In this document: positions 21,541 to 31,349 of the stretch, in pieces
Position numbering within the stretch: position 1 is the first letter of the stretch
Layout of the letters: each line of letters begins with the position of its first letter
NCBI GenBank assembly: GCA_050012475.1
Contig: JBEKHC010000023.1
Location: forward strand, 1-54,187
DNA: 54,187 bases
Origin: Candidatus Velthaea sp.
GTDB lineage: Bacteria; Vulcanimicrobiota; Vulcanimicrobiia; Vulcanimicrobiales; Vulcanimicrobiaceae
Reading direction: 5' to 3'
Made by a program: the position numbers and the translations under genes
The notes under the pieces: model-generated
Told to the model about the DNA's origin: nothing
Database searches by the model: none
The model's input: the letters and a program-made list of their open reading frames with translations, nothing else

Positions 21541-22836
21541 TCAGCCCGCCGGCGGGGGATAGAGATGCGCCCGGGTCGGCGGCAGCGATGCTTTGCCGTC
21601 AACGTTCCGTTTGGCGAGCAGCGTTTGGTACAGTGCCATGCGCCCGCGCGCGAACCCCTGAGCGCTGCCGGCGAGGTACAAGCGCCAGACCCGATACGTA
21701 CGTTCGCTCGCCGCGGCGATCGCGGCGGTGCGGTGTGCTTCGAGGTTGCGCGACCAGGCCCGCAGCGTATGCGCGTAGTGCTCGCGCAGATTCTCGACGT
21801 CGCGCAGCTCGAAGCCGGCGCGTTCGGCGCTGCGGATCAACTCGCCCACGGGCAGCAGATCGCCGTCGGGGAATACGTAACGGGCCATGAAGCCCGATAC
21901 GCGGTAGCCGCGCTGGTCGTCGAGCTGCCCGATGCCGTGATTGAGAAACAACCCGCCCGGTCGTAAGGCGCGAAAGGCCGTCGCAAAGTACTCGGACAGC
22001 CGTTCCCGTCCGACGTGCTCGACCATGCCGATGCTGACGATCTTGTCGAAGCGCCGGTCGCCCAACTCGCGATAGTCCCGATATTCGATCGATGCCCGGC
22101 CTTCGAGTCCTGCCGCCGCAATGCGGCGCAATCCTTCAGCGTGCTGCTCGCGGCTGAGCGTGATCCCAACGACCTTCGCGCCGAAGTGCGTGGCAGCGCG
22201 TAACACGAGCGCTCCCCACCCGCAGCCGATGTCGAGCAGCGTCTCTCCCGGCTGCAGACAGATCTTGCGCAAGGTGTGGTCGATCTTCGCCGTCTGGGCG
22301 TCGCCCAGCGCGGTGATGCCGTCGGCGAAGTAAGCGCACGAATAGATCATGCCGTCGTCGAGAAACGAACGGTAGAAGTCCAACGGCTGATTGTAGTGAA
22401 ACTCAATCGCCGCAGCGTCGCGCCGGCGCGTGTGCGGACGCCCGTTGAGCGTTGCGCGCGGCATTTCGGAGCGAGCCGGCGGCTTGGGCAACCGCAACAG
22501 TTCGGCCAGCACCCGTGCGACCTTCGTTTTGGATAGCCCATCGAGCGCCGCCGCCAGCGCGTCGACGGCAGCTTCGACGTCGCCCTGCACGTCGATCCAT
22601 TTCTCGACGAACGCGCGGCCGGGGTTGAGATCGAGCGGGGGCAGAAACGCCGCGCGCAGCGCATACGGCTGCGACACGACGAACGTGAACCGCTCGCGCG
22701 CGGCGGCCGGAATGCGCACGCCGCCCCAAAGCTGCACGGAAAAATCTTCAGCAAATGAAGGGCCGAACACCAGTCGTAAAATATTAATCGTTCGATCAGC
22801 GTCGGACGTTACCGCCGGCGAAACCAAAAGAGCCAT
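21541..22836 (-). CDS. cfa: Cyclopropane-fatty-acyl-phospholipid synthase
   Basis: FHYN, MIYSCAYF, LLDIGCGWG, SIGMVEHVG, YVFPDG, HYAHTLRAW. Confidence 0.93.
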   Translation of the reverse strand: MALLVSPAVTSDADRTINILRLVFGPSFAEDFSVQLWGGVRIPAAARERFTFVVSQPYALRAAFLPPLDLNPGRAFVEKWIDVQGDVEAAVDALAAALDGLSKTKVARVLAELLRLPKPPARSEMPRATLNGRPHTRRRDAAAIEFHYNQPLDFYRSFLDDGMIYSCAYFADGITALGDAQTAKIDHTLRKICLQPGETLLDIGCGWGALVLRAATHFGAKVVGITLSREQHAEGLRRIAAAGLEGRASIEYRDYRELGDRRFDKIVSIGMVEHVGRERLSEYFATAFRALRPGGLFLNHGIGQLDDQRGYRVSGFMARYVFPDGDLLPVGELIRSAERAGFELRDVENLREHYAHTLRAWSRNLEAHRTAAIAAASERTYRVWRLYLAGSAQGFARGRMALYQTLLAKRNVDGKASLPPTRAHLYPPPAG

Positions 22837-22908
22837 GCTGTCGTATTTCCGTGCGCCAGCACAAGCGAACCCAAACTGCAAAAATTGGGGAACTAACCTC
22901 GGGGCGGC

Positions 22909-23232
22909 TTAGTCGGCATGGAACACCTCGGTCATGTCGGCCCACCAATGGCCGGGAGCGCGGGTTTCGCACGGCACTTGCAACGGCGCCGTCAAGGCCC
23001 ACCACTCCTGCGTTTTTACATCGTCCGCCATGACGGCCATGTCGCGAGCGAAGTCCGTGCCGACATACTCGAAATACGCAAAGAGCGTCGTGCCCAAACG
23101 GAAGATCGAATAGTTGCGAATATTGCAGCGCACGATCGTTGCCAACACCTGGGGCCAGACGGCGGCATGCAGTTCGTCGTAGCGCGCGACCGCTTCGGGT
23201 TTCAGGCCGATGACTTGACCGTAACGCCGCAT
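22909..23232 (-). CDS. rhaM: L-rhamnose mutarotase family protein
   Basis: YDELHAAVWP, NIRNYSIF, LFAYFEY, TQEWW, MTEVFH. Confidence 0.88.
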   Translation of the reverse strand: MRRYGQVIGLKPEAVARYDELHAAVWPQVLATIVRCNIRNYSIFRLGTTLFAYFEYVGTDFARDMAVMADDVKTQEWWALTAPLQVPCETRAPGHWWADMTEVFHAD

Positions 23233-23249
23233 GTGCGAAGAACGCCGAG

Positions 23250-24167
23250 TTACTTCGTTGCCGGCAGCGGTTCGCCGACAACGGGCGGATTGTCGCGCAG
23301 CCCCGCAGCGTTCGCCAACGCATAATAGAGAATCGCAAAGTCGCGGTCACCCAGACCTTGACCGCGCGCCGCGGAGAGCATCTCGCGGCTGACGGCGGTA
23401 ACGAAGAGCGGAACGCCCAATTCACGGCCCAGCGTCAAGGCGAGATCGCAATCTTTCTGCATCATGCCCACGTCGAACCAGGCCTTTGCCGGCATCTCTT
23501 CGATGAACGGTGCGCGATACTGTAGCATCGGCGACGCCATCGCTCCCGCCAACATGACTTCCAGCGCCCGGCTGCGATCGATGCCGCTCTTTACCGCTAG
23601 GAGCAATCCTTCGCTCAGGGCCAAGATCTGGGCGGGTAAGTTCAGGTTCAAAGCGATCTTCATGACCTTCGCCTTGCCGATCGATCCCATCGCGACGACG
23701 CGCGGACCGAGGTCTTCGAGCACGGGCCGAGCCGTCGCAATCACCGCATCGTCACCGGCAACCATAATCACGAGTTTTCCTTGGCGTACCGTCAACGGGC
23801 TGCCCAGGACCGCAGCGTCCACGAGTTCGCCGCCGGCCTGCACGACGCGCGTGTGCAACGCGATGATGTCATCCGCAGCGATCGTGCTCAGCTCGACGAG
23901 AATCTTGCCCGAAAGCCCGGCTAGGATGCCGTCTGGTGCGTCGGCGACCGCAGCCAAAGCGGCACCGTTCGTAAGCATGCTGAGAACGACGTCGGACTGA
24001 CGCGCCACATCGGCCGCCGTCGGCGCCCACCGCATGCCGCGCGCGAGGAGAGGTTGGACCTTGGCCTTGGTGCGGTTCCAACCAACGACCGTGCGCCCGG
24101 CGTCGAGCAGACGCTCGACGAACGCGCTCCCCATCTCACCGATGCCCACCATTCCCACCGTTGTCAT
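23250..24167 (-). CDS. NAD(P)-dependent oxidoreductase, 3-hydroxyisobutyrate dehydrogenase family
   Basis: VGMVGIGEMG, WNRT, DAAVLGS, MKIALN, MQKD; SD AAGGAG. Confidence 0.9.
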   Translation of the reverse strand: MTTVGMVGIGEMGSAFVERLLDAGRTVVGWNRTKAKVQPLLARGMRWAPTAADVARQSDVVLSMLTNGAALAAVADAPDGILAGLSGKILVELSTIAADDIIALHTRVVQAGGELVDAAVLGSPLTVRQGKLVIMVAGDDAVIATARPVLEDLGPRVVAMGSIGKAKVMKIALNLNLPAQILALSEGLLLAVKSGIDRSRALEVMLAGAMASPMLQYRAPFIEEMPAKAWFDVGMMQKDCDLALTLGRELGVPLFVTAVSREMLSAARGQGLGDRDFAILYYALANAAGLRDNPPVVGEPLPATK

Positions 24168-24309
24168 CGACGGACTCTCCTTCGCAAATCTGGCTGCCCG
24201 TCTTTTCGACGACCGCCTGCCGGCGCACGTGGACGAACCCCGAAGCAAAATTCGACGAGGCGGTCGAACACGCCGGAGCGCCGGTGTGGCGCCGGGCGAA
24301 AGGACGGCT

Positions 24310-24972
24310 TTAAAACTCGGCTTGGAGTTCGAGTTCAGCCAAATCGTCGGGCTCGGCTTTTGCCCCCTCGACCCACTCAACCATCACCGGCAGTTCCATG
24401 ATGCGGCGGCAATACGCCGCGCATTGCGCATCCAAGGCCACGTGGTACGTGGTGAAGCGCGTCACGGTCGCGGCGAACATGGCATCGGCCATGGTCAGCT
24501 TGCTGCCGAAAAGATACGGGCCTTGGTAGGCGGCAAAGCACTCGTGCCAGATGGTTGTTATCCGATCGATATCAGCTTGGGCACCGGCCCAAACGACGAA
24601 TCCGGGATAGTCCGCTTTGAGGTCCATCGGCAGTGCGGCGCGCAAATTACTGAACCCCGCATGCATCTCGCCCGTGACCGACCGGCAGTGGGCGCGCATC
24701 GCGCGCGATTCGGGAAATAGTCCGCTCTGCGGCCGAACTTCACCCAGGTACTCGGCGATCGAGAGCGTGTCCCACACCTTGATCCCTTCGTGGTTCAAAC
24801 ACGGGACCAAGAACGACGGCGACAAAAGCAACAACTCCGCGCGCGTCGCCGGATCGTCCATGGGCAGATGATCTTCGACGAACGGGAGACCCGCAATTTT
24901 GCAGAGCATCCAGCCGCTCAGGCACCAGGATGAATAGTTTTTGCTGCTGATCGTGAGGGTCGTATTTGGCAT
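24310..24972 (-). CDS. Glutathione S-transferase family protein
   Basis: SKNYSSW, SPSFLVPCL, WDTLSIAEYL, EMHAGF, TMADAMFA. Confidence 0.92.
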   Translation of the reverse strand: MPNTTLTISSKNYSSWCLSGWMLCKIAGLPFVEDHLPMDDPATRAELLLLSPSFLVPCLNHEGIKVWDTLSIAEYLGEVRPQSGLFPESRAMRAHCRSVTGEMHAGFSNLRAALPMDLKADYPGFVVWAGAQADIDRITTIWHECFAAYQGPYLFGSKLTMADAMFAATVTRFTTYHVALDAQCAAYCRRIMELPVMVEWVEGAKAEPDDLAELELQAEF

Positions 24973-25378
24973 TGTGCCTCTCCCCAAGCTTGGCTGGAGT
25001 TTTCTCGGTTCGACTCCGGCTGCCTTGTTCTTCAGAGACGATGCGCAGCGCCCGTCGTGGTTCAAATGTCGGAGAGCCATCGCCGCGGTGCCGGCTCCCG
25101 GCAACGCCGGCGGCTTCCTCGGCGCCGCTCGAAGACACGAACGACCGCCAGCCGCCCGAATTCGGCGGCACGCGTCTTCGCCGACCCGGCCCGGAGCTTG
25201 AGCGTATGGCCGGACGTCGAGCGCGCTGAATCGACGGTCCTGGGCTCGCCGGCGGAGTGTCAAGTCGTTGTAATCGCGCGGAAGTGCGGATAGAACGTTC
25301 GCATTGCCGGTTACACTTAAAATATTCCGCACCGAGGTCGCGCCGAACCGGCTGCGTCGGGATGTTCATCGAGACGAG

Positions 25379-25406
25379 TAAGCCGGCTTCGATCGAACGC
25401 CGATAC
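25379..25406 (+). promoter_or_regulatory. Putative sigma28 (FliA-type) promoter
   Basis: TAAG-N16-GCCGATAC, close to the consensus TAAA-N15-GCCGATAA. Confidence 0.45.
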
Positions 25407-25422
25407 GTGCAGGGTACCCTCC

Positions 25423-26214
25423 ATGAAACGTGTTTTTATTGTCGCGGTCATAACGACGCTTTTGAGCGCAGCGTTTATGTTGCCCAGCTTCGCTGCGCCG
25501 ACGGTGTTTCGCATCTCGTTCCCGCTGCACATCGGCGGGCACGTTGGCGGGGAACGTGGACACCTCGCAACGGCGGCCGAAATGAAGATGGAAAATCGTT
25601 TGCGGCTCGCACGGTACGGTTTTCAGCTTGCCGACGCGATCGTCAGCGCCATCGGCTACAAAGCATACGCGCGATGTCTGTCGTGTCTGGCCTATCCGGG
25701 CGGGGGACCGTTGGGGAGTGCACCATTGTCGGTTGCCAATCTAAGCGGGGACCGGCCGGCGGAATCGGATCCGCTCATTCAGCCGTTTAGCCGCGGCGGC
25801 ATCGTGTCGCTCGCGCTGGGGGCCCTGGCATACGATGTTGCCGACGACCGAATCGAGCGGCACTGGTCGATCGAGCGCCGCGCAACGGCGGATGCGGCCG
25901 AGATCGGTGCGCACATGTGGGGCATTTCAACGTGGTTTGGAGAGCTGAAAAGCATTCATCGAGATACCGCGATTGCAACCGCGTGCGGCGCGCAGTGGCG
26001 GGCAAGAGAATTCGGTGCCGCATTCTCCGACGGTTGCGTCAACGAGTACTATCGAGCCGGTCCGCTTCCCGCGCAGCCGGCGGCGGGCGCGCCGGTTACG
26101 GCCGTTTGCGCACCAGCACAGTTCAAGGCCGGAACGTATTTATTCGCGACGCCGGACGATTATGTCATCGCCAGCGGGGTACCGTGCGCGAATCTGCACT
26201 CGCCGTTTCCGTAA
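25423..26214 (+). CDS. Hypothetical secreted protein
   Basis: Signal peptide MKRVFIVAVITTLLSAAFMLPSFAA; six Cys in the mature part. Confidence 0.75.
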   Translation: MKRVFIVAVITTLLSAAFMLPSFAAPTVFRISFPLHIGGHVGGERGHLATAAEMKMENRLRLARYGFQLADAIVSAIGYKAYARCLSCLAYPGGGPLGSAPLSVANLSGDRPAESDPLIQPFSRGGIVSLALGALAYDVADDRIERHWSIERRATADAAEIGAHMWGISTWFGELKSIHRDTAIATACGAQWRAREFGAAFSDGCVNEYYRAGPLPAQPAAGAPVTAVCAPAQFKAGTYLFATPDDYVIASGVPCANLHSPFP

Positions 26215-26249
26215 ATTAACGCCGCAAGTCTCGGGAAGCAATAATAATT

Positions 26250-26276
26250 TAAGCTGCGACACTTCTTTTCCGATAC
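26250..26276 (+). promoter_or_regulatory. Putative sigma28 (FliA-type) promoter
   Basis: TAAG-N15-TCCGATAC upstream of the 26342 ORF. Confidence 0.4.
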
Positions 26277-26341
26277 TAGCGGTAACAACGGCTCGCGCGC
26301 ATTGCGTGCGGCGTCCACCTCGGGTTCATAGGACCAGTCCG

Positions 26342-26767
26342 ATGATGCACGATCTCCCGTCCCGGATCGCTCCCGTCCTCAACCTCACGCGCAATCAAAT
26401 GGAGCTGGATGCGAACATCCACAGCGACTTTCTGGCGATCGTTTCGGGCCGGGACGAGACGCAGGTGCTGCAATTCGACGGTGCCGCGTTCGACCGCATG
26501 ATGTCCGACGAGATTCTGGCGCTGGTGCGCGAGATCCATGCCTTGTGCGTGATCGTCAGTTCGCCGTCCCATGAGTCCAGCGGTTTCGGCGCTGTCGTCA
26601 CGGTCGTCGATCGGCACATCGAGTCATTTTTCGCGCCCATCGTGCGCATCCGCAACGCCGACTCGATGGTCGGTGATTTCCGGCCGGCGGACGTCCCCTA
26701 CCCCACCCTGTTCGAGCGCATTCACGCCGAGCTGAGTGTCAACTGGCTGGAAAACAGCGGCGACTAA
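26342..26767 (+). CDS. Hypothetical protein
   Basis: Protein-like composition from MMHDLPSR; SD-like AGGA upstream. Confidence 0.65.
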   Translation: MMHDLPSRIAPVLNLTRNQMELDANIHSDFLAIVSGRDETQVLQFDGAAFDRMMSDEILALVREIHALCVIVSSPSHESSGFGAVVTVVDRHIESFFAPIVRIRNADSMVGDFRPADVPYPTLFERIHAELSVNWLENSGD

Positions 26768-27015
26768 CCGAGTTCGGCTGCGCCGAACCCTTGATGTTGG
26801 CGCTGCGCGCAAGCCGCCCGCGGATGCGCTGCGCGCAAGCTGCGCCGGCATCGGCGCTGCGCGCGATCCGCGCGGGCGTTGGCGTGGCGCCCGAAGGACG
26901 GTAGCGGGTAGAGTGCCGGGCGCACGCGGGCAACCGCCATCGCGAGCCGAGCGGCAGCGCGAACGTTGGCGAGACGGGTAGGCTTCGTGCGGCGAGACGG
27001 GCGAAGTCAGACGGC

Positions 27016-27966
27016 GTGGAACCAAGTCACGCCGCGCTGATCGGACTTGACTGGGGCACGTCGCGGCTGCGCGCCTATCTTTTCGATGCCGAGGGCGCGG
27101 TAGCGGAGTTCAAAGACCGGCCGTGGGGCGTGCTTTCGCCGCCGGACGGCGGTTTCGAGCGGGCCTACCATGACGTGACGGGCGAATGGCACGCGCGCCG
27201 GCCCGGCCTGCCTGCCGTCGCCTGCGGCATGATCGGCAGCACCGTCGGCTGGGTCGCCGCGCCCTACTGCGCTTGCCCCGCCGGTCTGCAGGAACTTGCC
27301 GCCGCCGTCGTCGCGGCAACCACCCAGCAAGGGGTCCTTCACGTCATCCCGGGGGTCGAACTGCGCGGCGCCACACCCGACCTCATGCGCGGCGAGGAAA
27401 CGCAGATCGCGGGCGCGCTGGCCCTGCATCCGGACTTAGCCGCGAGCGGAACGTTCGTGCTGCCGGGGACGCACGCGAAGTGGGTGGCAGTGCGGGACGG
27501 GCGGATCGCGCGCTTCACGACGTATTTGACCGGCGAGCTCTTCGCGCTGTTGAGCGAACGTTCGATCTTGAGCCGCCCGCTGCGGACGGCGGTCCCGGCC
27601 GGCGCAGGCGAGGTCGCGTGGGACACGTTCGAGCGCGGGGTGCGCGCCGCGCGCGATAACCCCGCAGGCGGCATCGCACCACTGCTGTTTCGCACCCGTT
27701 CGCTGGTGGTGCAGGGAGCGCTGCGCGCCGAGGAAAGCCTGGAGTATCTCTCCGGATTGCTCATCGGCGACGAGATTTGCTCCGGGTCGCTCGACGCCAC
27801 GCCGGAACTTGCGCTCGTCGGGGAAACGGCGCTGTGCGAACGGTACCAGCGGGCGCTGGGGCTTTTCGACATCGCGGCGCCGGTCGTCGACGGGGCTACA
27901 CCCGCGGGCCTGTGGCAGATCGCCGGCCGGCTGGGACTCGTTTCCGCGGCCGCAACGCATGGCTGA
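27016..27966 (+). CDS. dgoK: 2-dehydro-3-deoxygalactonokinase
   Basis: LDWGTSRLRA, GMIGS.VGW, DLMRGEETQ, LPGTHAKW, TGELF, YLSGLLIG. Confidence 0.95.
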   Translation: MEPSHAALIGLDWGTSRLRAYLFDAEGAVAEFKDRPWGVLSPPDGGFERAYHDVTGEWHARRPGLPAVACGMIGSTVGWVAAPYCACPAGLQELAAAVVAATTQQGVLHVIPGVELRGATPDLMRGEETQIAGALALHPDLAASGTFVLPGTHAKWVAVRDGRIARFTTYLTGELFALLSERSILSRPLRTAVPAGAGEVAWDTFERGVRAARDNPAGGIAPLLFRTRSLVVQGALRAEESLEYLSGLLIGDEICSGSLDATPELALVGETALCERYQRALGLFDIAAPVVDGATPAGLWQIAGRLGLVSAAATHG

Positions 27967-28606
27967 AGCCGCGGGACGGCCGCCGTTCCGGGCCTTTCTG
28001 GCCCGCTTGCCGTTCGTTGCGATCCTGCGCGGCGTGACGCCGGATGCGGTCGTGCCGATCGGCGAAGCGCTCGTCGCGGCAGGATTTGCCGTCATCGAAG
28101 TGCCGCTCAACTCGCCCGACCCGCTCGAAAGCATTCGGCGCTTGGCTGCGGCGCTGCCGCCCGGCTGCTTGATCGGCGCCGGCACCGTTACGGCTGTCGC
28201 CGACGTCGGAGCACTCGCGGCGGCGGGCGGCCGCCTGGTGGTCATGCCGCACGGCGATCCGGCGATCGTGCGGGCCGCGAAGGGAGCCGGCCTCTATTGT
28301 GCGCCGGGCGTGGCGACGCCGACCGAAGGGTTCGCCGCGCTCGCGAACGGGGCCGATGCGCTCAAGCTGTTTCCCGCCGAACTGCTCGGCCCGCCAGTCC
28401 TCAAAGCGTGGCGCAGCGTTTTTCCGCGGGACACCGTGTTCTTGCCGGTCGGCGGTCTTACACCGGCGTCGCTCCAGCCGTTTCTGGCGGCCGGTGCCGA
28501 TGGATTCGGGCTCGGCTCCGCGCTCTACATACCGGGCATGACCGCGGCGCAGGTTGCCGTCAATGCCGCTGCATTCGCGGCGGCATTTCGGGCCCGCCCG
28601 AACTGA
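27959..28606 (+). CDS. dgoA: 2-dehydro-3-deoxy-6-phosphogalactonate aldolase
   Basis: VAILRG, IEVPLNSP, IGAGTV, TPTE, LKLFPA, PVGG; overlaps dgoK. Confidence 0.95.
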   Translation: MAEAAGRPPFRAFLARLPFVAILRGVTPDAVVPIGEALVAAGFAVIEVPLNSPDPLESIRRLAAALPPGCLIGAGTVTAVADVGALAAAGGRLVVMPHGDPAIVRAAKGAGLYCAPGVATPTEGFAALANGADALKLFPAELLGPPVLKAWRSVFPRDTVFLPVGGLTPASLQPFLAAGADGFGLGSALYIPGMTAAQVAVNAAAFAAAFRARPN

Positions 28607-28619
28607 ACGGGCGGCTCAC

Positions 28620-28772
28620 GCGCGACGACAGGTCGGCTCCGAACGAGATCGGTTTGCCATCCAGGCGCGCGAGGAGATGCGTGTGACGGTCGATGAGCCC
28701 CGACGCGAGCGTCAGTGCGCCCATGTCGATGCGCGGCAACTCAGCCGCCGCGCGTTCATCGCATAAGCGCAC
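28620..28772 (-). pseudogene. Short amidohydrolase N-terminal remnant
   Basis: IDMGALTLASGLIDRHTHL resembles the IDxxxxTLxPGLIDxHxH motif; nothing follows in frame. Confidence 0.4.
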
Positions 28773-28876
28773 GATCCCTCGAGGGCCGTTCTGGCGCGCG
28801 GCGCGGGTGGGCTTACGTCAAGGACCGCACCGGCGATGAGAGCGCAGTCAACCGCGGGCTCGTTCACGCTGCCGGG

Positions 28877-30544
28877 TTACGCGTCGGCGCGGCGCAGCAG
28901 ATAATCCAGGCCCCCCACGCGATACCAACGATAACCATACGGCTCGAGCACGATCGTGTGCCGGCCGTCGGCGCCGGTCGGACTGTGGTCGTCCGACAAC
29001 ACGTTCACCAACAAGCCGTCTTGGCTGCCTTCGGCACCCGGCCGCAAAGTAATCTCGCGCGGCTCCGCGCAGAGATTGTGTACGAACAAAACGGAATTGT
29101 TGCGCCAGTCGTAACGCACGGCGAGCACCTCCTGGGTGCCGGCGTCGACGATCGCAAAATCGCCCACGCCGATCTCCGGAATTTCTTTGCGCATGCGGAC
29201 CACGCGTTCGGTCCAGTTCAAAAGCGAATCGGGGTCGCGACGCTGCTGCGCGACGTTCACGTGTTCGAATCCGTACGGGCCGCCCGAAATCACCGGCAGC
29301 ACCGGCGTGTCGGATTTGGTGAACCCGCCGTGCTCTTCGGTCGACCATTGCATCGGGGTGCGCGCACAGTTGCGTTCGGGCAAACGCAGGTCGTCGCCCA
29401 TCCCGATCTCGTCGCCGTAATGCAGCACGACGGTGCCAGGCAGGGTCAACATTAGGCTGTAGGCGAGTTCGATCCGGCGGCGATCGCCTTGCAGCATGGG
29501 TGCGAGCCGGCGCCGGATGCCGCGATCGTAGAGCTGCATGTCACGCTCGGGTCCGAAGGCGTCGAAGACCGTCTGGCGTTGTCTGGCGCTCAACCGGCCC
29601 AGATCGAGTTCGTCGTGATTGCGCAGGAAGATCCCCCACTGCGCGATGGCCGGCCGCGGCTTGGTCGCATTGAGCGCTTTGATCAGAAGCCGGTTATCGC
29701 CGGCCGCCAGCGCGTAGAACAGCGTTTGATTGACCTCGAAATTGAACAGCATCTGGACCCGCTCGCCGGCATCGCCGAAGTAGTGCATGTCGGTTGCGGG
29801 CAAGACATTGGCTTCGGCTAAGATGATGGCTTCGCCGTCGCGCCACTGCAAAAATTCGCGGAACTCACGCAGCATATCGTACTGCTCGACCGGTTTGGTG
29901 ACGTCGGCGCCTTTGGTCGCGATGACGAACGGCACGGCGTCCATGCGAAATCCCGCGACGCCGAGTTGAATCCAAAAGCCCATGATCTTGAGAATCTCGG
30001 CCTGGACGTTGGGGTTGGCCGTGTTGAGATCGGGCTGGAAATCGTAGAAACGGTGAAAGTACCACGCGCGGGCGACTTTGTCGTACGTCCAGGTCGATTT
30101 CTGCACGCCGGGAAAAACGATGCCCTCGCGGGCGTTGGCGGGTTCCTTGTGGGACCAAACGTACCAATCGCGATACGGTGAGTGCGGGTCTTTGCGGGCG
30201 GCGAGAAACCACGGATGCTGATCGGAGGTGTGGTTCACGACTAAGTCGATGAGCACCCGGATCCCGCGTTGCCGGCAGCCTTGCGTGAACTCGACGAAGT
30301 CGCCGAGTGTGCCGTAGGACGGATCGACGCCGTAGTAGTCGGCGACGTCGTAGCCGTCGTCGCGGCGCGGCGAGGGTTGAAAGGGCATCAGCCAAATCGT
30401 CGTGACGCCCAGCCCTTGCAGATAATCGAGCCGCCGCATCAAGCCGGTGAAGTCGCCGATTCCGTCACCGTTGGCATCGAGATAGGTGGCGACGGAGAGT
30501 GAGTAGACGATCGCGGTTTTATACCAGCGTTCGGAACTATCCAT
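28877..30544 (-). CDS. GH13 trehalose-synthase-like / alpha-amylase family protein
   Basis: WYKTAIVY, DANGDGIGDF, DDGYDV, DLVVNHTS, GFRMDA, LAEAN, FLRNHDEL, GIRRRLAPM. Confidence 0.9.
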   Translation of the reverse strand: MDSSERWYKTAIVYSLSVATYLDANGDGIGDFTGLMRRLDYLQGLGVTTIWLMPFQPSPRRDDGYDVADYYGVDPSYGTLGDFVEFTQGCRQRGIRVLIDLVVNHTSDQHPWFLAARKDPHSPYRDWYVWSHKEPANAREGIVFPGVQKSTWTYDKVARAWYFHRFYDFQPDLNTANPNVQAEILKIMGFWIQLGVAGFRMDAVPFVIATKGADVTKPVEQYDMLREFREFLQWRDGEAIILAEANVLPATDMHYFGDAGERVQMLFNFEVNQTLFYALAAGDNRLLIKALNATKPRPAIAQWGIFLRNHDELDLGRLSARQRQTVFDAFGPERDMQLYDRGIRRRLAPMLQGDRRRIELAYSLMLTLPGTVVLHYGDEIGMGDDLRLPERNCARTPMQWSTEEHGGFTKSDTPVLPVISGGPYGFEHVNVAQQRRDPDSLLNWTERVVRMRKEIPEIGVGDFAIVDAGTQEVLAVRYDWRNNSVLFVHNLCAEPREITLRPGAEGSQDGLLVNVLSDDHSPTGADGRHTIVLEPYGYRWYRVGGLDYLLRRADA

Positions 30545-30651
30545 CGGCGGCACGGGCTGCTGGCGGCTTCACGCTGGGCTTGTGCCCAACGCGCGCCCGA
30601 ATATGCCCTCGGGACCCGAACGCGTTGCCGTGGGAGCCCGGCATGGCGGCT

Positions 30652-30701
30652 AAAAATGCCCAACGCTCCAAAGCGGTAAAAGTTCCGTCCACGGCTACCC
30701 C
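30652..30701 (-). repeat. Left copy of an ~50 bp inverted repeat (Tn3-like terminus)
   Basis: Reverse complement GGGGTAGCCGTGGACGGAACTTTTACCGCTTTGGAGCGTTGGGCATTTTT matches 34227-34273. Confidence 0.85.
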
Positions 30702-31037
30702 AATGGGTCATCCGGCGCTTCGGTGAAGGCGCGATTCCAGAAGGCCGGATCGGAAAAAGCGAGCTGCGAGGTCATCGATGTCGACCGGCGATTCTGCCTG
30801 ATCGAAGTCGAAGGCGCCTTTTCTTGTTGGCATCGATGCCGACAATGAAGTGCGTGATGAACGGGAAGAGGTGGTTTACTCGACGTAGTGTGATGATGGC
30901 CTAGGCGGAGGGCAGGGCAATGCTGGAGCGCCGACTTGGGGGCCGGAAACCGAGGCGGGACGTGCGTTTGCGCGTCTCTCTTCGTTTCGTGGACACCTCG
31001 GGACCGGCATCATGCGTTAAACTCATCGTTGGTGTGC

Positions 31038-31240
31038 TCACGCTGCCGCAGGTTGCTGCGATGTGACCTTGACGACAGAAGCGATGGCCCAGATGAAGCC
31101 GAGCAGTTCGCGGCCGATGGCGACCACCGTCTGGTGCTTGGTCTTTCCGCGAACCAGTAGATGGCGATACCGCTTGTTGAGCCTTTGTTGTGCATTCCAG
31201 GCGATTGTGCAGGCTGCTGCTGGGGCTTCGAGTTGGCGTT
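31038..31240 (-). mobile_element. IS110-family transposase C-terminal remnant
   Basis: IAWNAQQRLNKRYRHLLVRGKTKHQTVVAIGRELLGFIWAIA is the characteristic IS110 C-terminus; the rest of the gene is missing. Confidence 0.8.
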
Positions 31241-31349
31241 TCCGAAGTGCCCGGCGGCAACGCGGGACGGCGTTCCGGGTTTCAGACGCACGCGGCCGTT
31301 TAGCAGTAAGCAAGCGTGGCCGTTTTGCACACCTTCGTTGTCACTGGGC

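Noticed and set aside
24973..25330. Long leader before GST as a possible riboswitch
   Set aside because: I recognised no aptamer consensus; only generic GC hairpins.
26800..26870. Possible mini-CRISPR
   Set aside because: Units are 11-15 bp with short related spacers, and there are no cas genes.
28877..30544. Assigning the symbol treS
   Set aside because: Clearly TreS-like GH13, but subfamily and activity cannot be fixed by eye.
30705..30890. Protein-like short frames inside the left inverted repeat boundary
   Set aside because: Too short and ambiguous on both strands.
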